DNA from: Elusimicrobiaceae bacterium
GTDB taxonomy: Bacteria > Elusimicrobiota > Elusimicrobia > Elusimicrobiales > Elusimicrobiaceae
Assembly (NCBI GenBank): GCA_016282685.1
Contig: JAEELM010000040.1
Span: forward strand, 1,267 to 65,266
DNA: 64,000 bases
Direction of reading: 5' to 3'
Shown: positions 9,096-18,101 of the stretch, piece by piece
How positions within the stretch are numbered: the stretch's first letter is position 1
How the letters are laid out: each line of letters starts with the position of its first letter
Program-made: the position numbers and the translations under genes
The notes under the pieces: generated by a model
Seen by the model: the letters and a program-made list of their open reading frames with translations, nothing else
Databases searched by the model: none
What the model was told of the DNA's origin: nothing

Positions 9096-11219
9096 TTACT
9101 GGTTTGTTTTCTTCTTGAAGAATTTCCCGATATCTTTTAGTGTAGTTGCGGCATCTGTTACTGCATCTTTTACCAAGGTATCTGCCGCTTGAACTGTTTC
9201 TTCAGTTGTGTCAACAACGTCTGTGTCAGTTGCTTTTTCAGTCTTACCATTCAACATATTTTCTAAAACGGATCCGACGGTGCGGGTAATATCCAATTTC
9301 CCCTTTGGGTTTTGGGGCGTTCCCGTGATTTTAATAACCATAGGAACGGTATCGGTTAATAAAGAGGCGTGTGCAAGCATGCGCAATGTGTCTTCCGGGA
9401 AATTTATAGTCCCGGTTGCTTGAATATCTACCAGAGAAGATTTAAAGACTGTATTGTCAATATTCATTACGCCGTTTGTAAAGGTGTAGGAGCCCTCTCC
9501 CATTGTAAAAGGAATCGATTTATCTTTCTCTTCTGAAGGAAAGATGTTTAGCTTTAAAGCCTGGGACACTTTACGTATAACATTTAGTGGTAAAAAGAGA
9601 ATTTTTACGAATTTATTTTCTTTTACAAATACCTCTAAATCCGTGATTGAGCCGGGTTGCAAAGAGAAGGAAAGAGTTCCGTTTGCTTGTTTCATAGAGT
9701 CGGAAAGTTGAGTAAGATTTGCCTGCAAAGTTAAACCTGTATTATGAAAATGCGGAACGGTTACTTCCCCTATTTTGATTTGCCCGTTTAAGTTAAGTAA
9801 TGGGGAATTATTCACTTTTTTCTCAGAAGAGGGAGATGCTGTTTCTTTATTGGAAGACGGAAATTCAGTAAGTACTAATTTGTCCAAATCTAAATTGAGC
9901 GTTAGATTGTTTACACTAGGGGTTGATTGATAAGAAAAATTTCCCACAAAATTACTTTGGTTAAGTAATCCCGTAAGCGCTGCAGAAAAATGCTGCAAGG
10001 AAAAAAGCGAAAAAGAACCGGATACCTGTTCAAAAGTAAACGGAGAATATAACAGGGAAACATTTTGCAATGAAAACAGTCCACTGAAATCGTTTTGCCC
10101 TTTCTTGGATGTCGCTTTGAAAGATCCGTCGATTTTTCCTGTAGGTTGTAGAGAACTCCCCCCCTTCATTTTCATCAATTGGGTTAAATCCGCTTGGAGG
10201 GTGCCACTGAATGAGTAGGGGTTATTGTTGTTTTCTTCCCAGCTGATATGGCCATTTGTAACAAGGCGGTTATCTTGGGCAGAAAGAGTGGCTTCCGATA
10301 CGGTGGCAAGGCTTTTTTCTAAATTTATTTGGGCCAAAATTTTCATGGCAAGTGTAGGAACAGAAAATTCAGGAGATTCCGGCCACAGTTGTTTTAATGT
10401 CTGTGCGGAGAGACCTTGTAGTTTCCCTTCTAAATCAATCTGCGGAGCTGTAAAATTGTTTACATTTCCGGACAGGACCAGGTCGGCATCTTGATAATGA
10501 GCGGTAAAAGAGTCAATTTTGGCAGTAGCATCTTTCCAATTTAAGTCCGATAACGTTATCACCCCTTCTGTTTGTATGGGGATACGAAGTTCTTGAAGAG
10601 ATTTTTGATTTAACTGAATTGTGGAATCAATTTTGATTCGAAAAGGGGTAGTCAAATTAAAGCGGTGTATTTCTAAGTTTAGGTGATCTAATGCACTTTG
10701 GGTGCCTTGGGTTTCATTCTTGTAAGAAATCTTACAATCTGAAACGGAAATTTCGTCAGCAGATAAGGAAAAAGAATTGTGCCCTTCACTGGTGTTTTGA
10801 GGTTGCTGAGGAAACGTTTTGGCCTTTTTGGTAGCGAAAGAAGCAAAATTAAAATTACCGTCTTTTTGTTGTACCAGATTTAATTCTAATCCATCTAACT
10901 GTAATGTGTTTATTTCAATACGCTTTTTTAGAAGAGGCTTTACGGCCACCTTAGCGACTAAGGTACGTGCCTGAATAAAAGTTCCGTTGGCAAAAGAAAT
11001 TTCTTCTGAGAGAGAAAAATCTCGCAGTGTCAGTCCAATCCAATTAAAAGAAACGGAATGAAAAGAAACTTCCCGGTTCCAGTTTTCTTTTGCATATTGA
11101 GCTACCCAGTTCTGGATTTTTTGTGGAGAAACGTAATGTTTTAATGCGACCCATCCCCCCCCTATTAACGAGAGTAAGATAATGGACATTACCAAAAGGA
11201 ATTTGAGCAATTTACGCAT
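9096..11219 (-). CDS. AsmA-family protein
   Basis: N-terminal TM anchor, beta-strand-rich body, AsmA-like C-terminus (GTINF, IKITGTPQNP). Confidence 0.8.
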   Translation of the reverse strand: MRKLLKFLLVMSIILLSLIGGGWVALKHYVSPQKIQNWVAQYAKENWNREVSFHSVSFNWIGLTLRDFSLSEEISFANGTFIQARTLVAKVAVKPLLKKRIEINTLQLDGLELNLVQQKDGNFNFASFATKKAKTFPQQPQNTSEGHNSFSLSADEISVSDCKISYKNETQGTQSALDHLNLEIHRFNLTTPFRIKIDSTIQLNQKSLQELRIPIQTEGVITLSDLNWKDATAKIDSFTAHYQDADLVLSGNVNNFTAPQIDLEGKLQGLSAQTLKQLWPESPEFSVPTLAMKILAQINLEKSLATVSEATLSAQDNRLVTNGHISWEENNNNPYSFSGTLQADLTQLMKMKGGSSLQPTGKIDGSFKATSKKGQNDFSGLFSLQNVSLLYSPFTFEQVSGSFSLFSLQHFSAALTGLLNQSNFVGNFSYQSTPSVNNLTLNLDLDKLVLTEFPSSNKETASPSSEKKVNNSPLLNLNGQIKIGEVTVPHFHNTGLTLQANLTQLSDSMKQANGTLSFSLQPGSITDLEVFVKENKFVKILFLPLNVIRKVSQALKLNIFPSEEKDKSIPFTMGEGSYTFTNGVMNIDNTVFKSSLVDIQATGTINFPEDTLRMLAHASLLTDTVPMVIKITGTPQNPKGKLDITRTVGSVLENMLNGKTEKATDTDVVDTTEETVQAADTLVKDAVTDAATTLKDIGKFFKKKTNQ

Positions 11220-11222
11220 AAA

Positions 11223-11537
11223 TTATTTCTTTTCCTTCGTGTCAAAAGTTTCAACCACTTCGGCCTCAATTACATTTTCTTTGTCTTGTTGGGTTTGGCG
11301 GAAAGCGACCAAATCTTTGTGCAAGAGCGTCAATACAAAAATAATAAAAGCGCCATCATCAGCAATGCCAAGCATAGGGAGTACATCTGGCAAGAAATCA
11401 ATGGGAGCGAGAAAATAGAAAAAACAAACAACGGCCCAAAACAGTGTTTGCCACGGTGTTTTATATTCGCGGCGCAAAATAGCTTTTAACATGGCGAAAA
11501 AGGTAGAAATATCTTTAAAAATAACAAGCGGATTCAT
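11223..11537 (-). CDS. DUF1232/YkvA-family membrane protein
   Basis: YFLAPIDFLPDVLPMLGIADD signature; ATG 11537 fits GGAGG spacing. Confidence 0.88.
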   Translation of the reverse strand: MNPLVIFKDISTFFAMLKAILRREYKTPWQTLFWAVVCFFYFLAPIDFLPDVLPMLGIADDGAFIIFVLTLLHKDLVAFRQTQQDKENVIEAEVVETFDTKEKK

Positions 11538-11713
11538 ACGCAAACCTCCCGGTAATGGTATCTCTTAATATCATATCAATTTTGGTTTCACACGGAAATA
11601 GTTTTACTTAAGAGTGTAGGCCTAGTAAGTCTATTGAATTGAAGATTTGTAAAAATAAAGGCAGTATTCACCTTTACAAAAAGGGGGTGCCTTTATGCCC
11701 CCCCTTGCTATAG

Positions 11714-12898
11714 CTATTTGGATAGTTTTACGGATTGCGGACCATTGTCATCTGATCCTTTATTATCTTTTTCGGTTGAATTGTCTAGTATTTTGCGATC
11801 TTTTTCCAACTGTTGAGATAAATCGTCATCAAACAAGATGGTAGGCATTCTGTCCTCGTCACCGGGAGTCACCTTATGCACTTGATTGGGTTGGTAAACT
11901 TGTTGTAGCTGTTCATGTAATTTGGTGGCTTCATTCCCGGTCACAACGGCTGTACTTTCAATAGTAAGTTCTTGTAATTGCTCGGCATTTAATCGAATCG
12001 TTTCTTCTCCATCAAACTTCACATTTTCGTCATCTGGAGAAGCGTGTGTCGTTGAGGCGCGCTTTTTATGCGCTTTTGCTTGAGGGATTACTCCCCAGGT
12101 CGACTCTAGTTGAGAGTTGGCTTCCGTATTAATAAAAACCAACACGGGATAGATGAGAGAACAAGCATAAAAGAATAAACAGATGAAAACAGCGGCGATT
12201 GCAATCACTACTAATAGAACGATAGGCAACCCCCCTATGTTTAACTGGGGCACATACAGGGGAATGGCTTTGTAAAGTAGTGAAAATAATAGTTGTGGGA
12301 AAAAATTAAAAAGGGACATGAGAACCAGCATTCCCAATACGCGTAAAAATCCTCCGATTCCACGAGTCATTTCCCAGCTTTGGACAAGTGCACTGATAGG
12401 GCCCTTGTCGCGCAAAGCAATAGCTAAGAAAGCATAAAAAGTTCGGATGAACAAAAATAAAAAGAAAAGCAAACCGATACCAAAGAGTATAAAGGAATGC
12501 GCACTTATGATAAAAAACAGAAGTACACCCACAGCGACAGCCTGTATACAGGCTAATATAATAACGAAGATGGTCGGAAGAAAAGAAGAAAATATGGATT
12601 GAAGAAAAGATTCTGGTCTTTCTTCTATGAAGGCTCCATACAAACGTGCAATAAGAACAGGAGCCAGTATACATATGAGAACCAATACCAATAAGAAGAT
12701 TACTAACGCTACTTTAATTCCCGCCATCATTTGCGTGGCACGAGTAAACATTGGTATCGCAATAGCCATACCTATTCCCAGTAATAACGGTACAAACAAT
12801 AAAAGCATTGCTTTTAGAAAAGTGCCAAAAGAACGATTGGCAATACCAAACGTTTGAAGCCACAGTTGAAAGACGGTTTGTTGTTCTCGAATACCCAT
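11714..12898 (-). CDS. Hypothetical polytopic membrane protein with acidic cytoplasmic tail
   Basis: About 6 TM segments, ALVQSWEMTRG-type motif seen in uncharacterised membrane domains, then about 130 aa hydrophilic tail. Confidence 0.7.
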   Translation of the reverse strand: MGIREQQTVFQLWLQTFGIANRSFGTFLKAMLLLFVPLLLGIGMAIAIPMFTRATQMMAGIKVALVIFLLVLVLICILAPVLIARLYGAFIEERPESFLQSIFSSFLPTIFVIILACIQAVAVGVLLFFIISAHSFILFGIGLLFFLFLFIRTFYAFLAIALRDKGPISALVQSWEMTRGIGGFLRVLGMLVLMSLFNFFPQLLFSLLYKAIPLYVPQLNIGGLPIVLLVVIAIAAVFICLFFYACSLIYPVLVFINTEANSQLESTWGVIPQAKAHKKRASTTHASPDDENVKFDGEETIRLNAEQLQELTIESTAVVTGNEATKLHEQLQQVYQPNQVHKVTPGDEDRMPTILFDDDLSQQLEKDRKILDNSTEKDNKGSDDNGPQSVKLSK

Positions 12899-12957
12899 AG
12901 AAATCCCTTTTCTCCTTTTCCTTATTATAGCAAAACAAAATAATTATGCGTAAAAAA

Positions 12958-14130
12958 TCAAACAATTTTGGCTAATGCTTGCCCGGCAGCATAACCACTT
13001 GCCCATGCCCAATGCAGGTTAAATCCTCCTAATCGGCCAGTTACGTCAAGCAATTCCCCTACTGCATAGAGCCCCGGGACTTTTTTACAAGCAAAAGTGT
13101 GGGGATTAATTTCCTTTGTATCAATCCCCCCTGCGGTCACTTCCGCTTTTGTATAACCGGCTGTTGAACAAGGAACAAAGGTGAAGTTTTGCAAGCGACT
13201 TGCGGCAGTTTGCAATTCTTGTTTGGAAGCATTGGCCAAGTCCCGTTCTAACTCACCTAAAAGGGATTTTATGATTTTATAAGATAGAAAATCTTTTAAA
13301 GAACTTGCCAGGGAAAGCGAAGAATTTTTGTATTTATAAAAATGTTGCAGTACATCTATTTGCGGTACAAAATTAATGGTAATTTCTTGTTGTGGCATAC
13401 AAAAAACAGAAGCTTGTAATACAACCGGTCCACTAATGCCCTCATGGGTAAAGAGTAAATCCCCTGTAAAAGTTTGTTTTTTAATATGTATTATGGCATT
13501 TAGAGAATTTCCGGCCAATGTGCAAAAAATTGGTCGAAGTGATTTGGGGGCAGTTAAACCACAAAGAGCCGGACGTTGAGGAATAATTGCTAGGCCAAAT
13601 TGTCGTGCGATTCGGATGCCCAGAGAAGATGCGCCTAAAGAGGGATAAGAAAGACCTCCGCAGGCCAATACTACGTTTCGAGCCCGTATATTTCCCGAAG
13701 ATGTTTGAATTATAAAAAAATCAGGTGTACCTTTTGAGACAGAAAGTACCTGCGTATTTAAAGAAAAACGAGTATTATTTTCTCGCGCACGTTGAACTAA
13801 TAGACGGACAATTTCTTTTGCAGAAGTTTGAGAAAAGAGTTGTCCATCTTGGCGTTCTTCATAAGGAATATGGGCTTTTTCAAGTAGGGAGATAAAGTCT
13901 TGTGGGTGAAAAGAGGCTAGTGCATTTTTACAAAAATGGGGTTGCTGACATAAAAAATCTTTGGCAGATATATGCAAATTAGAAAAATTGCATTTTCCGC
14001 CACCGGAAACATTTATTTTGGCACCGGGTTGTGCGTTATGGTCTAAGATAATTTTGGAGGCATTAAAGCTACCAGCACAGAATAGTCCGCTGGCCCCAGC
14101 CCCAATAATTGCTGTGTGAAAATCTGCCAT
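12958..14130 (-). CDS. HI0933/YhiN-family flavoprotein (NAD(P)/FAD oxidoreductase)
   Basis: IIGAGASG, SGGGKCNFSN, LFTHEGISGP, AEVTAGG, GELLDVTGRLGGFNLHWAWASG. Confidence 0.93.
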   Translation of the reverse strand: MADFHTAIIGAGASGLFCAGSFNASKIILDHNAQPGAKINVSGGGKCNFSNLHISAKDFLCQQPHFCKNALASFHPQDFISLLEKAHIPYEERQDGQLFSQTSAKEIVRLLVQRARENNTRFSLNTQVLSVSKGTPDFFIIQTSSGNIRARNVVLACGGLSYPSLGASSLGIRIARQFGLAIIPQRPALCGLTAPKSLRPIFCTLAGNSLNAIIHIKKQTFTGDLLFTHEGISGPVVLQASVFCMPQQEITINFVPQIDVLQHFYKYKNSSLSLASSLKDFLSYKIIKSLLGELERDLANASKQELQTAASRLQNFTFVPCSTAGYTKAEVTAGGIDTKEINPHTFACKKVPGLYAVGELLDVTGRLGGFNLHWAWASGYAAGQALAKIV

Positions 14131-14150
14131 ACATAAAGGATAGCAAAATA

Positions 14151-14173
14151 TGTTATACTACTAATAATTATTT
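14151..14173 (+). promoter_or_regulatory. Extended -10 plus putative Per box
   Basis: TG-T-TATACT (14151-14159) overlapped by TACTAAT-A-ATTATTT (14159-14173), 10/14 to TTATAATnATTATAA. Confidence 0.5.
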
Positions 14174-14189
14174 GAGAGAAGTTGTCCTT

Positions 14190-14639
14190 ATGAAAATAAA
14201 AAATCGCAAGGGAATGGTGCAGACCCAGTTGAAAAATTTTGGGGACCGTTGTAAAGAAGCAGGCTTGCGCATGACGCGGCAACGGCAAGAGATTTTTCGT
14301 GCAGTAGCTTCCTCTTGCGAGCATCCGTGTGCAGAACAGGTGTTTGCACGGGTGCGTTCCAAGTTACCCAATCTCTCTTTAGATACAGTGTATCGGACTT
14401 TGTCCTCCTTGGAAGAGATGGGTCTTTTGCAACGGGTGGGTTTGTCCTCCAAGGCACGTTTTGACGGTGATGCAAGACCTCATTGCCATTTTGTATGTAC
14501 TCAATGTGGAGAAGTGTATGATGTTTTCCTACGGCCCGGGGAGCAATTGCCGGTTCCGGTTTCTGTACGCGCTATGGGACAAATACGCCAATCCACGGTA
14601 CAGTTTAAGGGAATTTGTAAATCTTGCCAGTCTCGTTGA
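14190..14639 (+). CDS. perR: Fur-family regulator, PerR-like
   Basis: [38 protein letters not shown]; immediately upstream of rubrerythrin. Confidence 0.8.
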   Translation: MKIKNRKGMVQTQLKNFGDRCKEAGLRMTRQRQEIFRAVASSCEHPCAEQVFARVRSKLPNLSLDTVYRTLSSLEEMGLLQRVGLSSKARFDGDARPHCHFVCTQCGEVYDVFLRPGEQLPVPVSVRAMGQIRQSTVQFKGICKSCQSR

Positions 14640-14665
14640 GGAGGCTGGATTTTATAGGAGAAATT

Positions 14666-15205
14666 ATGGAATTGAAAGGCTCTAAAACGGAACAAAACTT
14701 ACAAACCGCGTTTGCGGGCGAATCGCAGGCGCGCAATAAATACACGTACTATGCTTCTAAAGCAAAAAAAGAAGGGTTTGTGCAAATTGCCAAAATTTTT
14801 GAAGAAACCGCTAACAACGAAAAAGAACACGCAAAACTTTGGTTTAAATATTTGCACAATGAAGGAATCCCCACTACGGCTGAAAATTTGTTAGATGCTG
14901 CCAATGGGGAAAATTACGAATGGACCGATATGTATGCGGGTTTTGCCAAAACGGCAAAGGAAGAAGGCTTTGATAAATTAGCTTATTTGTTTGAAGCTGT
15001 TGGTAAAATTGAAAAAATGCACGAAGAACGCTATCGCAAACTTTTACACAATGTGCAAACGCAAGAAGTATTCAAAAAAGCGGGTATTGTGATGTGGGAA
15101 TGTGCTAATTGCGGTCATGTGTGTGTGGGCGAAAAAGCTCCGGAAGTATGCCCGGTGTGTGCACATCCGCAAGCCTATTTTATGATTCATCCGGAAAATT
15201 ATTAA
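14666..15205 (+). CDS. rbr: Rubrerythrin
   Basis: [35 protein letters not shown] and rubredoxin-like CANCG...CPVC; GGAG RBS before ATG 14666. Confidence 0.95.
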   Translation: MELKGSKTEQNLQTAFAGESQARNKYTYYASKAKKEGFVQIAKIFEETANNEKEHAKLWFKYLHNEGIPTTAENLLDAANGENYEWTDMYAGFAKTAKEEGFDKLAYLFEAVGKIEKMHEERYRKLLHNVQTQEVFKKAGIVMWECANCGHVCVGEKAPEVCPVCAHPQAYFMIHPENY

Positions 15206-15227
15206 AATAGAAACTTGTATCGTTTTG

Positions 15228-15258
15228 AAAAGCAGAAAGGGATCTCCTTTCTGCTTTT
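15228..15258. terminator. Bidirectional terminator
   Basis: AAAAGCAGAAAGG-gatct-CCTTTCTGCTTTT. Confidence 0.85.
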
Positions 15259-15290
15259 TGTTGAATTTATCAAGTTATTAGAAAAACATT

Positions 15291-16667
15291 TTATCGACGG
15301 ATTGATAAAATAGCTCCTAAAGTAGCGGCGCAGGTTCCTAGTAACATAGCTCCTTTGATTCCTCCCATAAAAGCAGTTTGTTGGCTAGCTCCATGGGCTT
15401 GCAATCCATGTTCTATGGCTGCGAATACAGCTACAGAAAACGCAATTCCAAAAATCATCCCCACGTTGCGTGCCAGGGCATTCATGCTGGCGACCACGCC
15501 TAATTTGCCCTTTGGGGCGGCAGAAACAACCGTATTATTATTGGGAACCTGAAAAGTACCGGAGCCGGCCCCCATAATCAGTTGTGCCAATACAATATAG
15601 GAAATACTGGGAGAGATGCCGATAAAAGCGAAGAGAATTGTCCCTATAATGATTAATATGAATCCGGCAGTTGTTAAAATTCGAGCGGGCCATTTGGCAT
15701 TGAGTGTCCCGGCCACGGCTGACGTAATTGCTAATGTAATGGGAAATGGTAGAATAAGCAACCCAATTTTAATAGGATCTAATCCCAAGATATCTGTTAA
15801 ATAGAAAGGAAGTAAAACGGTATTTACAAATAAGGCTAAGTAACCTAGCAAAGCTACTAAACAACCAATGGAAATAACGGGATTTTTGAAAATTTCCAAT
15901 TCTAAAAAGGGTGTTTTGGCCGTTTTTTCTCGACGTAAAAAAAGCAATAAAAATACCAAAGAAATGGCAAATCCGCTTAAAATAAAAGGATTGCTCCATC
16001 CTTTGTCGGAGGCGGTATTAAGTGCGGCCAGGAAAGAGAAACTCATTAATACATAAAGGGTCGCTCCATAATAATCCATTTTTACACGTTTGTGTGCATT
16101 GAAACGCGGAATAAGGTAAATTCCCCTCCATACACCCGCTATGGCAATGGGCACGGACAACCAAAAAATACTTTTCCATCCGAAGGCTTGGATGAGGGCT
16201 CCCCCAATAGCTGGCCCTGCCAAAGAACCGCAGGCAACTACCGCTCCGATAGCCCCAAAAGCTTTTCCGCGTGAAGCACCATGAAAAATTTGCGCAATTA
16301 AAGCCTGGGAAGTAGCCATCATGGCAGAAGAGCCTATCCCCTGTATTCCACGGGCTAAGAGCATGGTGGAAAGCGAATTGGATAAAGCCCCTAAAAGGGC
16401 CCCTACACCAAAAGTAATAAACCCTCCTAAGTACATCCATTTGCGGCTATAAATATCGCTCAGTTTTCCAAAAACAGGCAATAAACAGGTAAGGACCAGC
16501 ATATAGAAACTAACAACAAGTTGTATGCTTTCTAATGAAACCCCAAATTCACTGGACATGGTTGGCAAAGCAATGTTTACAATTCCTGCTGATAACGTAG
16601 ACATAAAGGTTCCGTTGGCAGTAACCGTAAAAATCATCCATTTACGTGACAAGTGAGGTTTTTTCAT
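15291..16667 (-). CDS. DHA2-family (EmrB/QacA-like) MFS efflux transporter
   Basis: TFMSTLSAGIVNIALP, GKLSDIYSRK, RGKAFG, GSLAGPAIGG, WKSIFW; about 13-14 TM segments. Confidence 0.9.
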   Translation of the reverse strand: MKKPHLSRKWMIFTVTANGTFMSTLSAGIVNIALPTMSSEFGVSLESIQLVVSFYMLVLTCLLPVFGKLSDIYSRKWMYLGGFITFGVGALLGALSNSLSTMLLARGIQGIGSSAMMATSQALIAQIFHGASRGKAFGAIGAVVACGSLAGPAIGGALIQAFGWKSIFWLSVPIAIAGVWRGIYLIPRFNAHKRVKMDYYGATLYVLMSFSFLAALNTASDKGWSNPFILSGFAISLVFLLLFLRREKTAKTPFLELEIFKNPVISIGCLVALLGYLALFVNTVLLPFYLTDILGLDPIKIGLLILPFPITLAITSAVAGTLNAKWPARILTTAGFILIIIGTILFAFIGISPSISYIVLAQLIMGAGSGTFQVPNNNTVVSAAPKGKLGVVASMNALARNVGMIFGIAFSVAVFAAIEHGLQAHGASQQTAFMGGIKGAMLLGTCAATLGAILSIRR

Positions 16668-16803
16668 AAAAAATACAGATAAAAGCTCTCGGGGTTGTAT
16701 TTGAAGATTATTTTTAGCTATGATATCTATATAGTATTTTATTTAATTTTGTAGTAGTTGACAAATACAGCTCGTCCCTAAAAATTATTTTGCGGAGAAT
16801 AAA

Positions 16804-17940
16804 ATGATTCTAAAAAAAGATGTTTACCGTGTGGTGGTAGATTTTTTCCGTACGGAATTATCATCTTATCAATCGGAAGCGTTGGCCGTATTCGAAGAAG
16901 GAAAGGAAGAAGAATTTTTTGAACGCTTGCCCCGGGAAGTTCGTAAAAATGCATTTGATAAAGCGGCCTTATTTTTTGGTTATACTTCCAGGGAGTTCTC
17001 TTCTCTTGCTCTAATGGCAGAGTATGCCTATGCAGCTTATTTGAAAAATCGACGAGTTGTATTTACTACGCAGAATCGTACAGGTTCTACGGTAACATGT
17101 ATTCATACAGAAAATATGTTGGAAGAAGAAGGCTCTGCTTTGGTTCCGTTTTTTAAGGGAGTTAAACGGGTTGTCTCTTTAGTACCAGCCAATCAGTGGT
17201 ATGGATTTACTTTTACAATCACGTTGCCGCATATATTAGGAATAGACGTGGCTGTTTTACCGCCTCTCTCTACCCAATCATGGGAAGATTGGCTGCAGGA
17301 GGGCGATTTGGTGGTTGCTTTCCCCCTCTTTTGGAACTACTGGTTACGGGCCGGAAATAAATTTGCTCCAGGCGTAACAGCTCTATCTTCAACTGCTCCT
17401 TGTAAAGATGAAATTATTAATCACCTGTTTGGGGCAGGCCTTGCTCATTTTGCAGAGGTATATGGTTCCAGTAAAACCGGTTCATTGGCCATTCGTACTC
17501 ATGCCGGGGCGCCTTTTACCGTATTGGATTTTTGGGAAGTTTCTCGTCGGACAGATACGCCTAAATTTAAACGAAAATCCCAACCTGAGTGGTTGATGTT
17601 ACCGGATGAATTAGCCTTTTTATCTGATCGGTCTATTCGTGTTTTACGTCGAAAAGAGGACTGTGTCCGTGTGGCAGGAGTGGAAGTATATCCGCAGGAA
17701 ATAGAGCAAATTTTATCGAAACATCCTGCAGTAAAAAACTGTCGGGTGCGGTTGATGCGACCCGACGAAGGAAAACAATTGAAAGCTTTTGTAGTACTTA
17801 AGGAAGGTTATACGCCTGCTCATGAGAGCATTATACGTACTTACTTATCCCAAAAATTGACAGCTTATGAAATGCCTACCACCTTTACTTTTGGAGCGCA
17901 GTTGCCTGCCGCCGCAGTTGGAAAAGAATCGGATTGGTAA
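16804..17940 (+). CDS. Truncated, degenerate AMP-binding (acyl-CoA ligase-like) protein
   Basis: EVYGSSKTG, RKEDCVRVAGVEVYPQEIEQIL..HPAV, LKAFVV, AYEMP, GK motifs; the P-loop reads TTQNRTG instead of TSGSTG. Confidence 0.75.
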   Translation: MILKKDVYRVVVDFFRTELSSYQSEALAVFEEGKEEEFFERLPREVRKNAFDKAALFFGYTSREFSSLALMAEYAYAAYLKNRRVVFTTQNRTGSTVTCIHTENMLEEEGSALVPFFKGVKRVVSLVPANQWYGFTFTITLPHILGIDVAVLPPLSTQSWEDWLQEGDLVVAFPLFWNYWLRAGNKFAPGVTALSSTAPCKDEIINHLFGAGLAHFAEVYGSSKTGSLAIRTHAGAPFTVLDFWEVSRRTDTPKFKRKSQPEWLMLPDELAFLSDRSIRVLRRKEDCVRVAGVEVYPQEIEQILSKHPAVKNCRVRLMRPDEGKQLKAFVVLKEGYTPAHESIIRTYLSQKLTAYEMPTTFTFGAQLPAAAVGKESDW

Positions 17941-17979
17941 AATTTCTGTTTGATAATCTCTATCGTTGTTTGCAAGGGA

Positions 17980-18050
17980 AAGGGTCAAAAAGGCCTAGAT
18001 GGAAAATAGGTCTAAAGGCCCTTGCCCTTTTCAAATGAGAGCGTTAAAAT
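17980..18050 (+). promoter_or_regulatory. Tandem quasi-palindromic boxes plus sigma70 promoter (copy A)
   Basis: AAGGGTC-N5-GGCCTAG (17980-17998), ATAGGTC-N4-GGCCCTT (18006-18023), TTGCCC (18022-18027), 17 nt, TAAAAT (18045-18050). Confidence 0.6.
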
Positions 18051-18101
18051 GAGAGTAGAAAGATAGTAATTCCATTATTACTTCGTGGAGTGTGAATAAA
18101 A

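Noticed and set aside
11617-11633. TAGGCC-TAGTA-AGTCTA, resembling the operator box
   Set aside because: Single box with a weak second arm and no correctly spaced -35/-10; may be chance.
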